NCBI GenBank assembly: GCA_051362555.1
Contig: CM120646.1
Location: 19,716,001 to 19,780,000 of the forward strand
Origin: Lingula anatina
Lineage: Eukaryota; Animalia; Brachiopoda
DNA length: 64,000 nt
Reading direction: 5' to 3'
Within the stretch, counting starts at the first letter, position 1. Every line of letters starts with the position of its first letter. The notes under the pieces were generated by a model, which was not told the DNA's origin, searched no databases, and was given only the letters and a program-made list of their open reading frames with translations. A program made the position numbers and the translations under genes. Of the stretch, positions 49,622-61,785 are shown one piece after another.

Positions 49622-52600
49622 TATGTACTGCTAATATCAGTATACATACATTAGACATTGGTTTTTGTTATGAGCTCTTTGAATAAACACATGATAGTTG
49701 AGAATATGTCTAAGATATTGGTACAATTAATTAAATTCAGTAAGTTATTAATTAATATTGAAATTAAGAATAAAAATTAAAACATAAAACTGCAATGTCA
49801 GCATCACTAACAGCTCTGTAATAACAGCAATCTCAGTTGGTGTACTTACTATTGTTTTCAGTGCAGGGAAATCCAAAGGTTTTGGCATGTTCAATGTGTT
49901 CAAGGGTTTGGTGGGCTCCAAGACTCTGACCAGAGATGATATACAAGATGTCCTGAATAAGATGAGAGATCATCTGATTTGTAAGTACAACTAGTTACAA
50001 TTACATAATAATTTTTATTATTATTTTTTAAAATATTTTTTGTTCTAGGTTGCTGTGAGTAACCATTTGTAACTAGAGGATCAGAGAGGCGATACCGCCT
50101 CCGAATATTGTACCACCAGCTGGAGCAAGCGCATTCGTATAGACCCCCACATACACAAAATAAGGGGTGCAGCCACCAGTCTTGTGCTTGACAAGCTGTA
50201 AAAATGCAATCAACAAGAATTTTCAAAATATGCAAAAAATATATATAACTAAAAATGGTGCAATCAAAGTTAAGTTCATTGTAAGGTAGGTCAAAGGTCA
50301 ATTTCAAGGTCACAGTAAATTGCCAGTATATGACTTCCTATCCAACTTCAATAGTAACTATGGACCTATCTCTGCCAGTTTTGGAGATAAAAGGGAAGCA
50401 AAATTTGCAAAGTTCAGTTCATGGTGAAAAGTAGGTCAAAGGTCAATTTCAAGGTCACAGTAAGATTGCCAGTATATGACTTCCTATTCAACTTCAATAG
50501 TAACTATGGACCTATCTCTGCCAGTTTTGGAGATAAAAGGGAAGCAAAATTTGCAAAGTTCAGTTCATGGTGAAAAGTAGGTCAAAGGTCAATTTCAAGG
50601 TCACATTTAGATTGCCAGTATATGACTTCCTATTCAACTTCAATAGTAACTATGGACCTATCTCTGCCAGTTTTGGAGATAAAAGGGAAGCAAAATTTGC
50701 AAAGTTCAGTTCATGGTGATAAGTAGGTCAAAGGTCAATTTCAAGGTCACAGTAAGATTGCCAGTATATGACTTCCTATTCAACTTCAATAGTAACTATG
50801 GACCTATCTCTGCCAGTTTTGGAGATAAAAGGGAAGCAAAATTTGCAAAGTTCAGTTCATGGTGAAAAGTAGGTCAAAGGTCAATTTCAAGGTCACAGTA
50901 AAATTGCCAGTATATGACTTCCTATTCAAGTTCAATAGTAACTATGGACCTATCTCTGCCAGTTTTGGAGATAAAAGGGAAGCAAATTTTGCAAAGTTCA
51001 GTTCAAGGTGAAAAGTAGGTCAAAGGTCAATTTCAAGGTCACAGTAAAATTGCCAGTATATGACTTCCTATTCAAGTTCAATAGTAACTATGGACCTATC
51101 TCTGCCAGTTTTGGAGATAAAAGGGAAGCAAAATTTGCAAAGTTCAGTTCATGGTGATAAGTAGGTCAAAGGTCAATTTCAAGGTCACAGTAAGATTGCC
51201 AGTATATGACTTCCTATTCAACTTCAATAGTAACTATGGACCTATCTCTGCCAGTTTTGGAGATAAAAGGGAAGCAAAATTTGCAAAGTTCAGTTCATGG
51301 TGAAAAGTAGGTCAAAGGTCAATGTCAAGGTCACAGTAAGATTGCCAGTATATGACTTCCTATTCAACTTCAATAGTAACTATGGACCTATCTCTGCCAG
51401 TTTTGGAGATAAAAGGGAAGCAAAATTTGCAAAGTTCAGTTCATGACGAAAAGTAGGTCAAAGGTCAATTTCAAGGTCACAGTAAGATTGCCAGTATATG
51501 ACTTCCTATTCAACTTCAATAGTAACTATGGACCTATCTCTGCCAGTTTTGGAGATAAAAGGGAAGCAAAATTTGCAAAGTTCAGTTCATGGTGAAAAGT
51601 AGGTCAAAGGTCAATTTCAAGGTCACAGTAAGATTGCCAGTACATGACTTCCTATTCAACTTCAATAGTAACTATGGACTTATCTCTGCCAGTTTTGGAG
51701 ATATAAGGGACTAAATGTTATAATTTTGGAGTTACCATAATGTGCCATAAATTTCCTACAGAAAAAATTAATTAAAATAAAGAAAAGGTCATTTTGGTCA
51801 AAGTTCTTGAAATGGGAGGTTCTCTGAAGTTGCAGAAGTTTAAATTTGATAAAATAATGTCATTTTTGACCACAAGTTGTCTGCTTTGCCAAGCATTATG
51901 TTTTATTTTTCCGGAGTTCAAAATTTATTATCCATTACCGTACTGCACATTTTTACGGAAGCCGACTGGTGCCATATGTTGAAAAAAAAAATTATCTCGA
52001 AATTTCGAGATAGCATTTTTTTTGTTCAAATTTCAAAATACTATCTCGAAATTTCGAGATAAATTTTTTTGCTCAAATATCAAAATGCTATCTCGAAATT
52101 TCGAGATAATTTTTTTTTTGTTCAAATTTCAAAATGCTATCTCGAAATTTCGAGATAAAATTTTTTTTTGTTCAAATTTCAAAATAGTATCTCGAAATTT
52201 CGAGATAATTTTTTTTTCTACATATGGCACCAGTCGGCTTCCGTACATTTTCCTTTCACCACCAATATGTACTTTCTGATACAGCGTAACTCGAAAACCG
52301 TATGGAATACAAAAAAACCGAGACCACCTCCAGTGTTGGGCTTTACATGCTCTACAAAATGCAAAAAAGAATGGGTCTCTAGCATTAACGGTTCCCGAAT
52401 TAGAGACAGTTTTCAGTTTCGGTATCTTATGGCCGCTACTCCTGTGAAAATGCACCGATTGACCCCAAATTCACGGAGATGAAAGATGACCTGAAGGGTA
52501 ACACTTTCCAATAATATTATTGGTTAAGTCTGTGTGGCGTCTGAATAACAGGGCAAAAAAATTTTTTTCGTAAAAAATTTCATTTTTTTGAAAATTTTGA

Positions 52601-54625
52601 CCCATTTGACCTTGAAGTAAAGGTCAAAGGTCAAATCCGAGGGTATATTTGAAATCTACACATATGACTTTTGGAAAGCCGTCTATAGAAATTTTTCCCG
52701 TAACTCCTTCTGTAGGGTAGATAATTAGCATTTAATTTTGCCATTTTTAGACAAGGGTGCATTGCAATGAGTGCCACACCCAGACCCCAATACCGACAAA
52801 GCCCAAATTTTACGTGGAACGAGTTGAGATTATAGGTGACCTAAATCCATGAGATGGGTACGGGGGCCCTTACCGTCTAGGAGGAGAAGCGGTAACGGTA
52901 ACATGGCGGCGGAGCCGGCGGAACGGACCGGACGGGACCGAAACCATGTGTACCGCCAGCGCTAACGCTGGTGGTAAATTTTTTTGTTCAAATTTCAAAA
53001 TAGTATCTCGAAATTTCGAGATAATTTTTTTTTCTACATATGGCACCAGTGGGCTTCCGTACATTTTCCTTTCACCACCAATATGTACTTTTTGATACAG
53101 CGTAACTCGAAAACCGTATGGAATACAAAAAAACCGAGACCACCTCCAGTGTTGGGCTTTACATGCTCTACAAAATGCAAAAAAGAATGGGTCTCTAGCA
53201 TTAACGGTTCCCGAATTAGAGACAGTTTTCAGTTTCGGTATCTTATGGCTGCTACTCCTGTGAAAATGCACCGATTGACCCCAAATTCACGGAGATGAAA
53301 GATGACCTGAAGGGTAACACTTTCCAATAATATTATTGGTTAAGTCTGAGTGGTGTCTGAATAACAGGGCAAAAAATTTTTTTTTCGTAAAAAATTTCAT
53401 TTTTTTGAAAATTTTGGCCCATTTGACCTTGAAGTAAAGGTCAAAGGTCAAATCCGAGGGTATATTTGAAATCTACACATATGACTTTTGGAAAGCCGTC
53501 TGTAGAAATTTTTCCCGTAACTCCTTCCGTAGGGTAGATAATTAGCATTTAATTTTGCCATTTTTGGACAAGGGTGCATTGCAATGAGTGCCACACCCAG
53601 ACCCCAATACCGACAAAGCCCAAATTTTACGTGGAACGAGTTGAGATTATAGGTGACCTAAATCCATGAGATGGGTATGGGGGGCCTTACCGTCTAGGAG
53701 GAGAAGCGGTAACGGTAGCCGTCCGGCGGAGCCGGCGGAGCCGGCGGAGCCGGCGGAGCCGGCGGAACGATCCGGACGAGACCGAAACCATGTGTACCGC
53801 CAGCGCTAACGCTGGTGGTACAATTATATGACTTCAGTTAATATTAGAGACTCTCAATATTTGCATGGCTTTTTCACTGGGCAAGGTTGAAGGCAAGTCA
53901 AATTGTCATTAAATATTTCATGTGTTTCATTGTACAATGTAGAATGGTTCTCTCACTCTGATACACAGGAAGATTTCTGTTTTATGTTTATTGGTGGCTT
54001 CAGTACAGTGTTTTACCCCGTGTCTTGTGGCAAAGTACAGCATATTGTCATTGAATATGGTTACTGTGGACTACAATCAGTGTAGTTCTGTTTACAGTGT
54101 ATACCTAAAAAAATTTAATTCTTAAATTTGTGCTAAATAAATTCTTTCAAGCCATATAGTTTTTAATTTAGTCTAAAAATGTCCTCAATGGGAGAGATGA
54201 TTATTGCTTTTCAGAACCTTAGAATCTTGCCTGTAATCTGTTTTTCAAAACATTTTTTTTCTTTTCTTCTCGTATATTAATGAGCAAGCACAAAACTGTA
54301 TCTATTACATCTTGTTCTTCAACATTATGTGATCCAATGGGGATCAAACTGATAATTGGGCATAGATATCTTCTTTACTCTTAGCAGATATTTATCACTT
54401 TAACATGCGTATCGGATGTTTATTTAGTACATATTTATTCATGCAGACTTGTTCCTAACCCTTAATTTTTTTACAGCCAAGAATGTTGCTGCTGACATTG
54501 CTGCCAAGCTGTGTGATTCTGTGGCCACTAAATTGGAAGGGAAAGTCTTGGGAACATTCAACAGTGAGGGAGATAACTAAATACTATACAGAAAATTTTC
54601 AATATGAAAAAAATTATCTACTGAC

Positions 54626-54657
<32 letters not shown>

Positions 54658-56655
54658 ATGATGACTGTTAATGGTAAAGTAGTTTTCTGCATTCATTATA
54701 TGGTTTGCTTAATAATTTTAAATGTACATTTTTGTCCAAATTACTCTGGTGACTGTAATACAGTGCAAACATCTCTAATGTAATTTCCCCAATATAACTG
54801 TAGTATGTATACCATTATAGCTGTGGCATCCACTGTGCGGAACACCCTCCAAGAAGCCTGCGTGCAGTTGCTGTCACCCAAGCGCAGAATTGACATCCTG
54901 CGTGACGCCATGGAGGCCAAGCAACAGAACCGTCCCTACACCATTGTGTTCTGTGGGGTGAATGGGGTTGGGAAGAGCACCAATCTTGCTAAGGTAAACC
55001 AGGGGCGGATTTAGGCCGTCTTCTGGGTCTTCCGTAAGACGGTCAGATTTTCAAGTTTATGTCGACATGTATCTTATTTTTTCTGTCAGAAGACGGTCAA
55101 AAATAGGGGATGGATCAACAAAGTTTTTTTTTCTTACAGTTACTTTTATAAGCTTGTGTGAATTGTCACTGAGTGCTTTCATGTAACAACATTTGTAAAT
55201 TAAAGAAAGTATGCCTGTAATATCCATATTTAGGGTTGCTTATTTTGAAGTGAGGCCTCTTTCAGAGTTTCAGATTGATCTGCATAACAACCAACATATC
55301 CCGTGTAACATACCATTTCAAAAATGTTAAGTGGTATATGTAAATAAAAACGTTGAATGATATATGAATTTCTTCAGTTGACAGTATAATTTTTTTGTAG
55401 GTTAGTTTCTGGCTGGTGGAAAATGGCTTCCGTGTGTTGATTGCTGCATGCGACACGTTCCGTGCAGGCGCAGTAGAACAGCTGCGTACCCATACGCGCA
55501 AGCTGAATGCTCTCCACCCTCCCACCAAACACAATGGCATGCAGATGGTCCAGCAGGGGTATGGGAAGGATGCTGCAGGGATTGCCATGCAGGCCGTGAA
55601 CTATGGTACGAGATGGGATACAAGACTCCTTGCATATCTGATACCATCTTGTCACATTTTGTTGGATCTTGTCACATGTACCACAGCTATTTCACTCTAA
55701 TCTTGTTTCATCTGACATATTTTTATCACATTGAACACAATCCTGTCTCATCAAACACATTTCGTTAAATTTAACAGTTGTCTCATCTTACACATTTTAT
55801 CTTGTACATTTCTGTAATATTCAACACAAGTGTTGTGACGGCACTTTACATTGCTTTCAGTACCTTAAGTATATGATACTATTAAAATATTTAAATAAAG
55901 AAATAAAAGCAGACAACAAAATAAAATTGCATACAGCTGAACACCAAACAAAATGGAGGCATCACTTAATATTTGAGTTTTCTTTATTTTTCATCAAAAA
56001 ATTCACACAGTTGTCTTATTTCAGCTCGTGACTACAAGTTAGATGTTACTCTTATTGACACGGCAGGTAGGATGCAAGACAATGAACCACTGATGAGAGC
56101 TTTGGCCAAGGTAAAGATCTATTTCAAATTTGATCAGATCTGTTGTGAATTTTTAAGTTTTTCATTTGATCTGGATATATTTTCTGAAACATCTTAATTT
56201 CATACATAAAAGACATGCTTTAGCCTAAAGGAGCATTATGTTTCAGGACCTCAGTTGAGCCTAATATATTGTGAAAAAACTTTAAAAACTAGATATTTTC
56301 TCTGATTAAGCTTGCTCTTCTTGCTCAAATATTTGAAACATTTGAAGATTCATTCTGTTGAAGAATAGAGGTAGACCTAGGGGCAGAGCATTTGCCCAGG
56401 GTTTTGACGGTTTTGGGGCATCTTGGTCATCTTGCTTTGATAAATCATTCTTTATGCCCACCTGTCAACATACTTTAGCTCATCAAAGTGAACCAGCCAG
56501 ACCTAGTCCTGTTTGTTGGCGAGGCCCTGGTGGGCAACGAGGCAGTTGACCAGCTGACCAAGTTTAACCAGGCCTTGGCTGACCATTCCCAGATGGAGAA
56601 TCCTCGCCTCATCGATGGTATTGTGCTGACCAAGTTTGACACCATTGATGATAAG
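45918..56655 (+). CDS. SRPRA: Signal recognition particle receptor alpha (588 codons modelled; terminal exon not found); exons 45918-46034, 46477-46560, 47038-47231, 47666-47790, 48439-48556, 48768-48933, 49428-49540, 49862-49980, 54477-54563, 54821-54993, 55401-55605, 56025-56110, 56479-56655
   Basis: [19 protein letters not shown] longin start, [28 protein letters not shown], and GTPase motifs [48 protein letters not shown]. All junctions are in phase. Confidence 0.93.
50286..51710. repeat. Satellite array, ~10 x 146 bp
   Basis: gtaggtcaaaggtcaatttcaaggtcac recurs at 50286, 50431, 50577, 50723, 50869, 51015, 51161, 51307, 51453 and 51599; copies are near-identical. Confidence 0.97.
51954..52245. 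mobile_element. Nested MITE with TAC..GTA termini and 6-bp TSD (IS3EU-like)
   Basis: 26-bp TIRs tacggaagccgactggtgccatatgt / acatatggcaccagtcggcttccgta; CATTTT on both sides; five internal copies of the palindrome tatctcgaaatttcgagata. Confidence 0.8.
52163..53820. repeat. ~816-bp tandem duplication of the 3' part of the HINE-like element
   Basis: 52163-52978 and 52979-53820 are near-identical (ORFs 52168 and 52984 are offset by 816). Both end in the terminal hairpin. Confidence 0.92.
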
Positions 56656-58801
56656 GTTAGATATGTATTACTTTAATAATAATTATTATTTTAACATAAT
56701 AATAAATGAATAAGAACAACAACAACTATAAATAATGTCATACAGTGTATAACTTACTTGATGAAATTTTGTGAGTGTGTTTGTGTTGTACACTTAAATG
56801 TTTGAAGATGTTTGACTTTGGTTATGACATGTGCCCATTAGGATATATATATATATCAAAATTTCCAAAATTGCATATAGAATATTCTGTCATCCAAAAG
56901 TTTTCTCAATATTTTAATGAATGTTACCTATAGTGGCTGTTGGTGGATCCATGTTAGATATGACCAGGATTTCTGCTTGATGCATGTTTGTACTGTTACA
57001 GTCTAAATCTCATAGTTTGTGATTTAATTTGTTACCATTTCCAAAGCATAGCATGAAGCATTTGCTTATGGTGAAGGTTATATATTGAGCTGCTGTATTT
57101 GGATATATTGTTAAAAAAATATCTTTTTTTTTTTTTGTTTTTTTTTTTTAATAATCATAGGAAATCCCCTTCTGTTTTATTCAGGTTGTAAGTAGAATTG
57201 GTCTTGGGTGCGGGATAATGTGGTTACACATTGTTGACAAATAATCTGAGCAAATATAACACTGTTCATATGATACATAGCTTAAATTTCAGAGAGAGGA
57301 AATATGTATGTTATTGGTTTTTATTAGGACAGTCACTGTGGTTTGTAAGTCTTTTGATGAGGATACACAGAAACCATCTCTCAATAGTTGCAAAGTGAAG
57401 TCATTTTGTTAAAACTTGTCATTTAATTAGCTTAACATTTTAAGGTGCATGACAAAGATTGTAGTCATTGTTATTTATTTAGAGAATGGAATATTAGGAG
57501 GGGACAGATCTCCCTCGATTTCATTCATGTAAATAATAAAGCAATTTAAACGCGAAGATGGAATGATTATGGCTGCCATAATACTAAATGTAACAGATGA
57601 GTTTGTGCATGGGATTTCCATAGTTTATGATCAGTAAATATCCTGGGTCAAGTTTCATCAGCACAGATCCATTAGATAAAGTTCTTATCCTCTAGGCAGT
57701 TAACCTGTGGGGTAGAGGAAAGTTTCCAAAACACAAGATACTTCTTTTTGTCTCTGATATTGCTTTCCAGTGATAAAAATAGCAAGTTACTGTCCAGAGG
57801 ATAACAATCTTGTTCAATGGATATTCTTATCCTGAGGATGGCACTATCCAGTGTTGATGAAACTGGATCCTGTTTTAAAGTCTTAACTAATTGGTGCTGG
57901 TTGCTATCCCATGCTTTATATTGTGGTTGAACCTCGATCATTTAGCAAAGTTTATGCTCAGCTGGTATGTATGTGAGATTATTAAATTATTTGGTCTGAA
58001 CATTCCTGTTGACCCTCAGTGTAAAAATACTTTCTCAAAAACATTATTTATAATAAAATGATGAAATACAAAGTAAACTTTCAATTCGATAGTTTGTTAT
58101 TCTTCATTCTTTGGATGTTTTAGAGGCATACAGCATACTCATGGCGATTTATTTTACATTAATTTTATTTTACGTTTATGCACAGTGCATAGATATATTA
58201 TAAAGTGTATGGAATTCTAAATCTCTCACTGAAGAGCATTTAGACCCTCTGAAAACATGCAGTTAATACATTCCCTTCAGTTATCCAGTTTAGTTGATAC
58301 ATCCAAAACATGTCATTATCTCTTTAGCCATGAAATAATCACCGACAGCCATACAATTTAAAACTCTTCTTTATTCCAGTTCCACATCCAAACTATATAC
58401 AAATTGTTTGTGTTGACGAGAACAAAGGTGGTTTATGAAATAAATAATAGTATTCCGAAGCTTTACAAACACCACTTCTTCACTTTTTTCCACAAGAAAT
58501 GCTTGCTTATGATTGTTTACTTTAAATGGCTTTAGTTTTGAAACAACATAAAAACAACAGTCCATACATTGATGTGTCCTTACAAGTTGAATTCCATGTC
58601 TGAGTAAAAACTGGAAACCAAAAACAATGCATGTGACAAGACTCTGTAACTGTGAGCTTAGCCAGACCGAATTCTTGTGCTCAACTTGCTTCTATGAGAT
58701 AATATGGTTCACATTTTATTATTTTTTTAATCCTTACTGCCAATAACAGCCTTGTTATGTATAATTTGTAGACAGTCTGCTTCTTTAACTCGTAAAGTTG
58801 T

Positions 58802-61785
58802 TTATCTGTCAACTTCTCCAAACACAATATCAAGGGTACCTGCAACAAAATATGTATTGCAATAAACTTTCTGTTCTTGATTCATGGTATTGTTATGTTA
58901 TACAAATCACAAGTGTGACCACAAAACAAAATACGAGACACATTTGAGTGTGTATGCACATGTGTGGGGATGCATGCATGTTCGTTTTTTTTTCACTTAC
59001 ATTTGCATAAGTATTATTTTTTGTGTTGCCCTGGGAGCAAGTAAGGTATGCCATCTTATATCTCAGACTGTAATTATCTACAAAGAACCCAACCAATCTC
59101 TTTACCTATAATGGCCACAACATCAGCTACCATGTGTCCAGAGGCCATGTGATCCAGCCCAGCCTAAAATACAACCAGGCAGAAATATAAGCAGGCAAGC
59201 AACAGGGTTTAAACAACTGAATGAAGACATGGTTAGAAAAAAAAATCTGTGTTTTAGAAGATTGGTTTTGTTGATCACTCACTTTTTTTTTTTTTTTGCT
59301 GTGGTTCATTTATATGCAACTTTGTGTTGTGATATAGTAGAATTCCAATTTTGTGGACTTAGTAATGGACGTCATAGTCAGGCAAATAATTGAAATAATT
59401 ATTAATCAGGAGAAATAGCTGTGTGGTTTTAGAGTTCACTGCCGCAGATACATGGAGACTTTAGCAAATAATAGGCATCTGCTACATCTAACAAAACACA
59501 TACATTAACTTTATAATGAGCAAGTTTATCTCAATGTTTTGTATAGCTAAGCAACTACCAATATCCCCATGGATATAATAAATAAACAAACCAATGTTTT
59601 TATCAAAATGAGCAAGTTTATCTCAATGTTTTATAAAAAACTAAGCAACAACCTATATCCCCATGGATAGTATAAAAAAATACATAAATAATTAAACTAA
59701 TGATTTATCACCGTTATTAGATACTTACCAGATGAGCGAAACCTGGGGCTTTAATTTTACACCTGTAAGGTCGACTGCTGCCGTCTGAGACCAGGTACAC
59801 CCCAAACTCTCCCTGATACATAAAATAACATACATTCTTTATTTACCTGATCATTCTGTTAAATTCTTTGTATTTGAATCAACATTTTGGGCAATTTTAA
59901 GAGATGGGAATTACACTAAAAATGTGATGCCTTCACAGACAGGTATTAAAATGAAAGAAAACCCTCTCCTCCATTTCCCCAGTTTTGGATCAATTCGTAC
60001 AAAAAAAAAAAAAACAGCAACTTTTTAAACCCTCAATAAAACATACATAGGAGTAAATTTACCTAAAGTAGGAAGAATAGCTTCGTGGATTTACAAATCA
60101 AGTTCAACAAAGTATGCATGAATTCCACAAGTTGTGCAGAGAAATATCAATGAAATGTTGGCTGTGTGTATTAAAGTTACCTTTGGTGCCTCGATGGCTG
60201 TGTAAGTAGCCCCTGGGGGAACATTGTAACCTTCTGTGAACAGTTTAAAGTGGTGGATCAAAGCTTCCATAGACTCCTGCAAGTATACCAAAATCAGAGC
60301 ATTTACACTTGCATTAAAGAAATCTCTTCAAGGCACAGTTTCCATGCAAAATGGAGTCATAATACCTGAGAAATAATGAGGTCGATGCTCTACTAAAAAG
60401 GTTTCTGAAACAACTCTTATTTCAGCCAACCATTTGTGTTCACTAAAAATATGGTATTCTCAAATTTTTGTTTTGTTAACACAAGCATATTCAACCCAAA
60501 ACATATTCTGAAACTATTAATCTTACATGTTATCTTGCCAATGAGGAATGCCACTTTTTTTAAGCAGTAAAACATTAACACGTTTTCCCCCCAAAAATGA
60601 GTATAAACAGAATTCATAAATTTGGATCCCCTACCTTCATCTCTGCTCTAGAGGGTGGGCACACCTTGTGATCATCTACTTTAATCTCCCCTGCTGGCAT
60701 CTTGTTCAGACACTGGTGAATGATGCGCATGCTCTGACGCATCTCCTCCATACGAATCAAGAATCTAAAATATTACATGAAAATCACTAAGTGAGTAGAA
60801 TACTAGCTGAAGAAATCATATATGAAGACTAGGTTTAACAATTGAAATAAGAAAGTGTAACTTGTACTTTGAAACCAGATTGCACTAAAACATGCAAGTC
60901 TGAAATCTACAGTTTCTGTTTTTCATAAAATATTGTTCAAACTCACCTGTCGTAGGTGTCTCCATTGACGCCAATAGGGATGTCAAAGTCCATGTCTTCA
61001 TAGGCATCATAGGGCTGAGTCTTACGTAGGTCCCACTTGATACCAGATCCTCTCAGCATCACCCCACTGAAAATATACCACAGTATGTTTTATCTTCGTC
61101 TTCTCTCTCTCTCTCTTTTTTAAGACAGCCACATCCATACACTTTTTTTTTCATTCTACTGAAATCCACAAGGCATACATATCACCTTTTTTTTCTTCTC
61201 TCCCCCCCCCCCCCCCCCCCCCCCCCACAGCCCCAGGACATACAAAAGTACACAGGAGCACACAATGATACCAACACTATCCATATAACATCAACACAGT
61301 AACATCAGGACCACACTACAACACAGCATACAATGAACAGTCACCTTCTTGTGGCTTTCTTGTACAAAAATCTCCCTATCTTTTGCAATCAAATCAGTGC
61401 ATAAAATATAACTTTCAATTCCTCTTTTCTTCCACAATCTTCCTTCACATTTTAAAAAGTCATTTGTATTTATGAAATGTTAAAAGTTTTTTCAATCTAC
61501 AATATGGGGAAAAAAATCACACGATGTTCATTTTTTAAAATCTTTCATAAAAAATTATACACCTAAAACTAAAAGAATTTTCTATCATATCTTTCCACTT
61601 TCAAAACTCTCTCTTTTTCACCTGAATCCATAGTTGAGTGCATCCTCTGCTGAGATTGTACCAACTCCAATGGTTCTCCAGGTAAAGATGTCATTGTCCA
61701 ACACGATGTCCTCGAGCTCATCCAAGCGGTCACCAAACTGTAGTAACCACTGGTGGATATCATCCATCAGACCAATGGGGATGTC
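58802..61785 (-). CDS. NDUFS2: NADH:ubiquinone oxidoreductase 49-kDa subunit, 3' part; exons 61785-61622, 61066-60947, 60764-60635, 60276-60181, 59812-59729, 59163-59106, 58839-58802; 5' exons lie beyond the window
   Basis: [92 protein letters not shown] and [19 protein letters not shown]. Minus-strand AATAAA at about 58370. Confidence 0.96.
59516..59670. repeat. Short tandem duplication (~92-bp unit, 2 partial copies) in an NDUFS2 intron
   Basis: atgagcaagtttatctcaatgtttt...ctaagcaac...atatccccatggata occurs at about 59516 and 59608. Confidence 0.75.

Larger units (their letters stand above)
50071..53825. mobile_element. Helentron-associated (HINE-like) non-autonomous rolling-circle element in SRPRA intron 8
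   Basis: Subterminal inverted repeats ttgtaccaccagc (50108-50120) / gctggtggtacaa (53811-53823), terminal hairpin tgtaccgccagcg-ctaa-cgctggtggtaca, a (ggcggagcc)n minisatellite near the end and an internal satellite array. No TSD is evident. Confidence 0.7.

Noticed and set aside
50286-52245. 146-bp array and tatctcgaaatttcgagata palindromes as a CRISPR array
   Set aside because: There are no variable spacers; both are internal repeats of non-autonomous transposons.
52022-53298. Duplicated ~104-133-aa ORFs on both strands
   Set aside because: They lie inside the duplicated repeat element, lack splice context and have no recognisable protein motifs.
57185-57245. Candidate SRPRA last exon after the tcag acceptor (VVSRIGLGCGIMWLHIVDK*)
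   Set aside because: No similarity to the conserved SR-alpha C-terminus.
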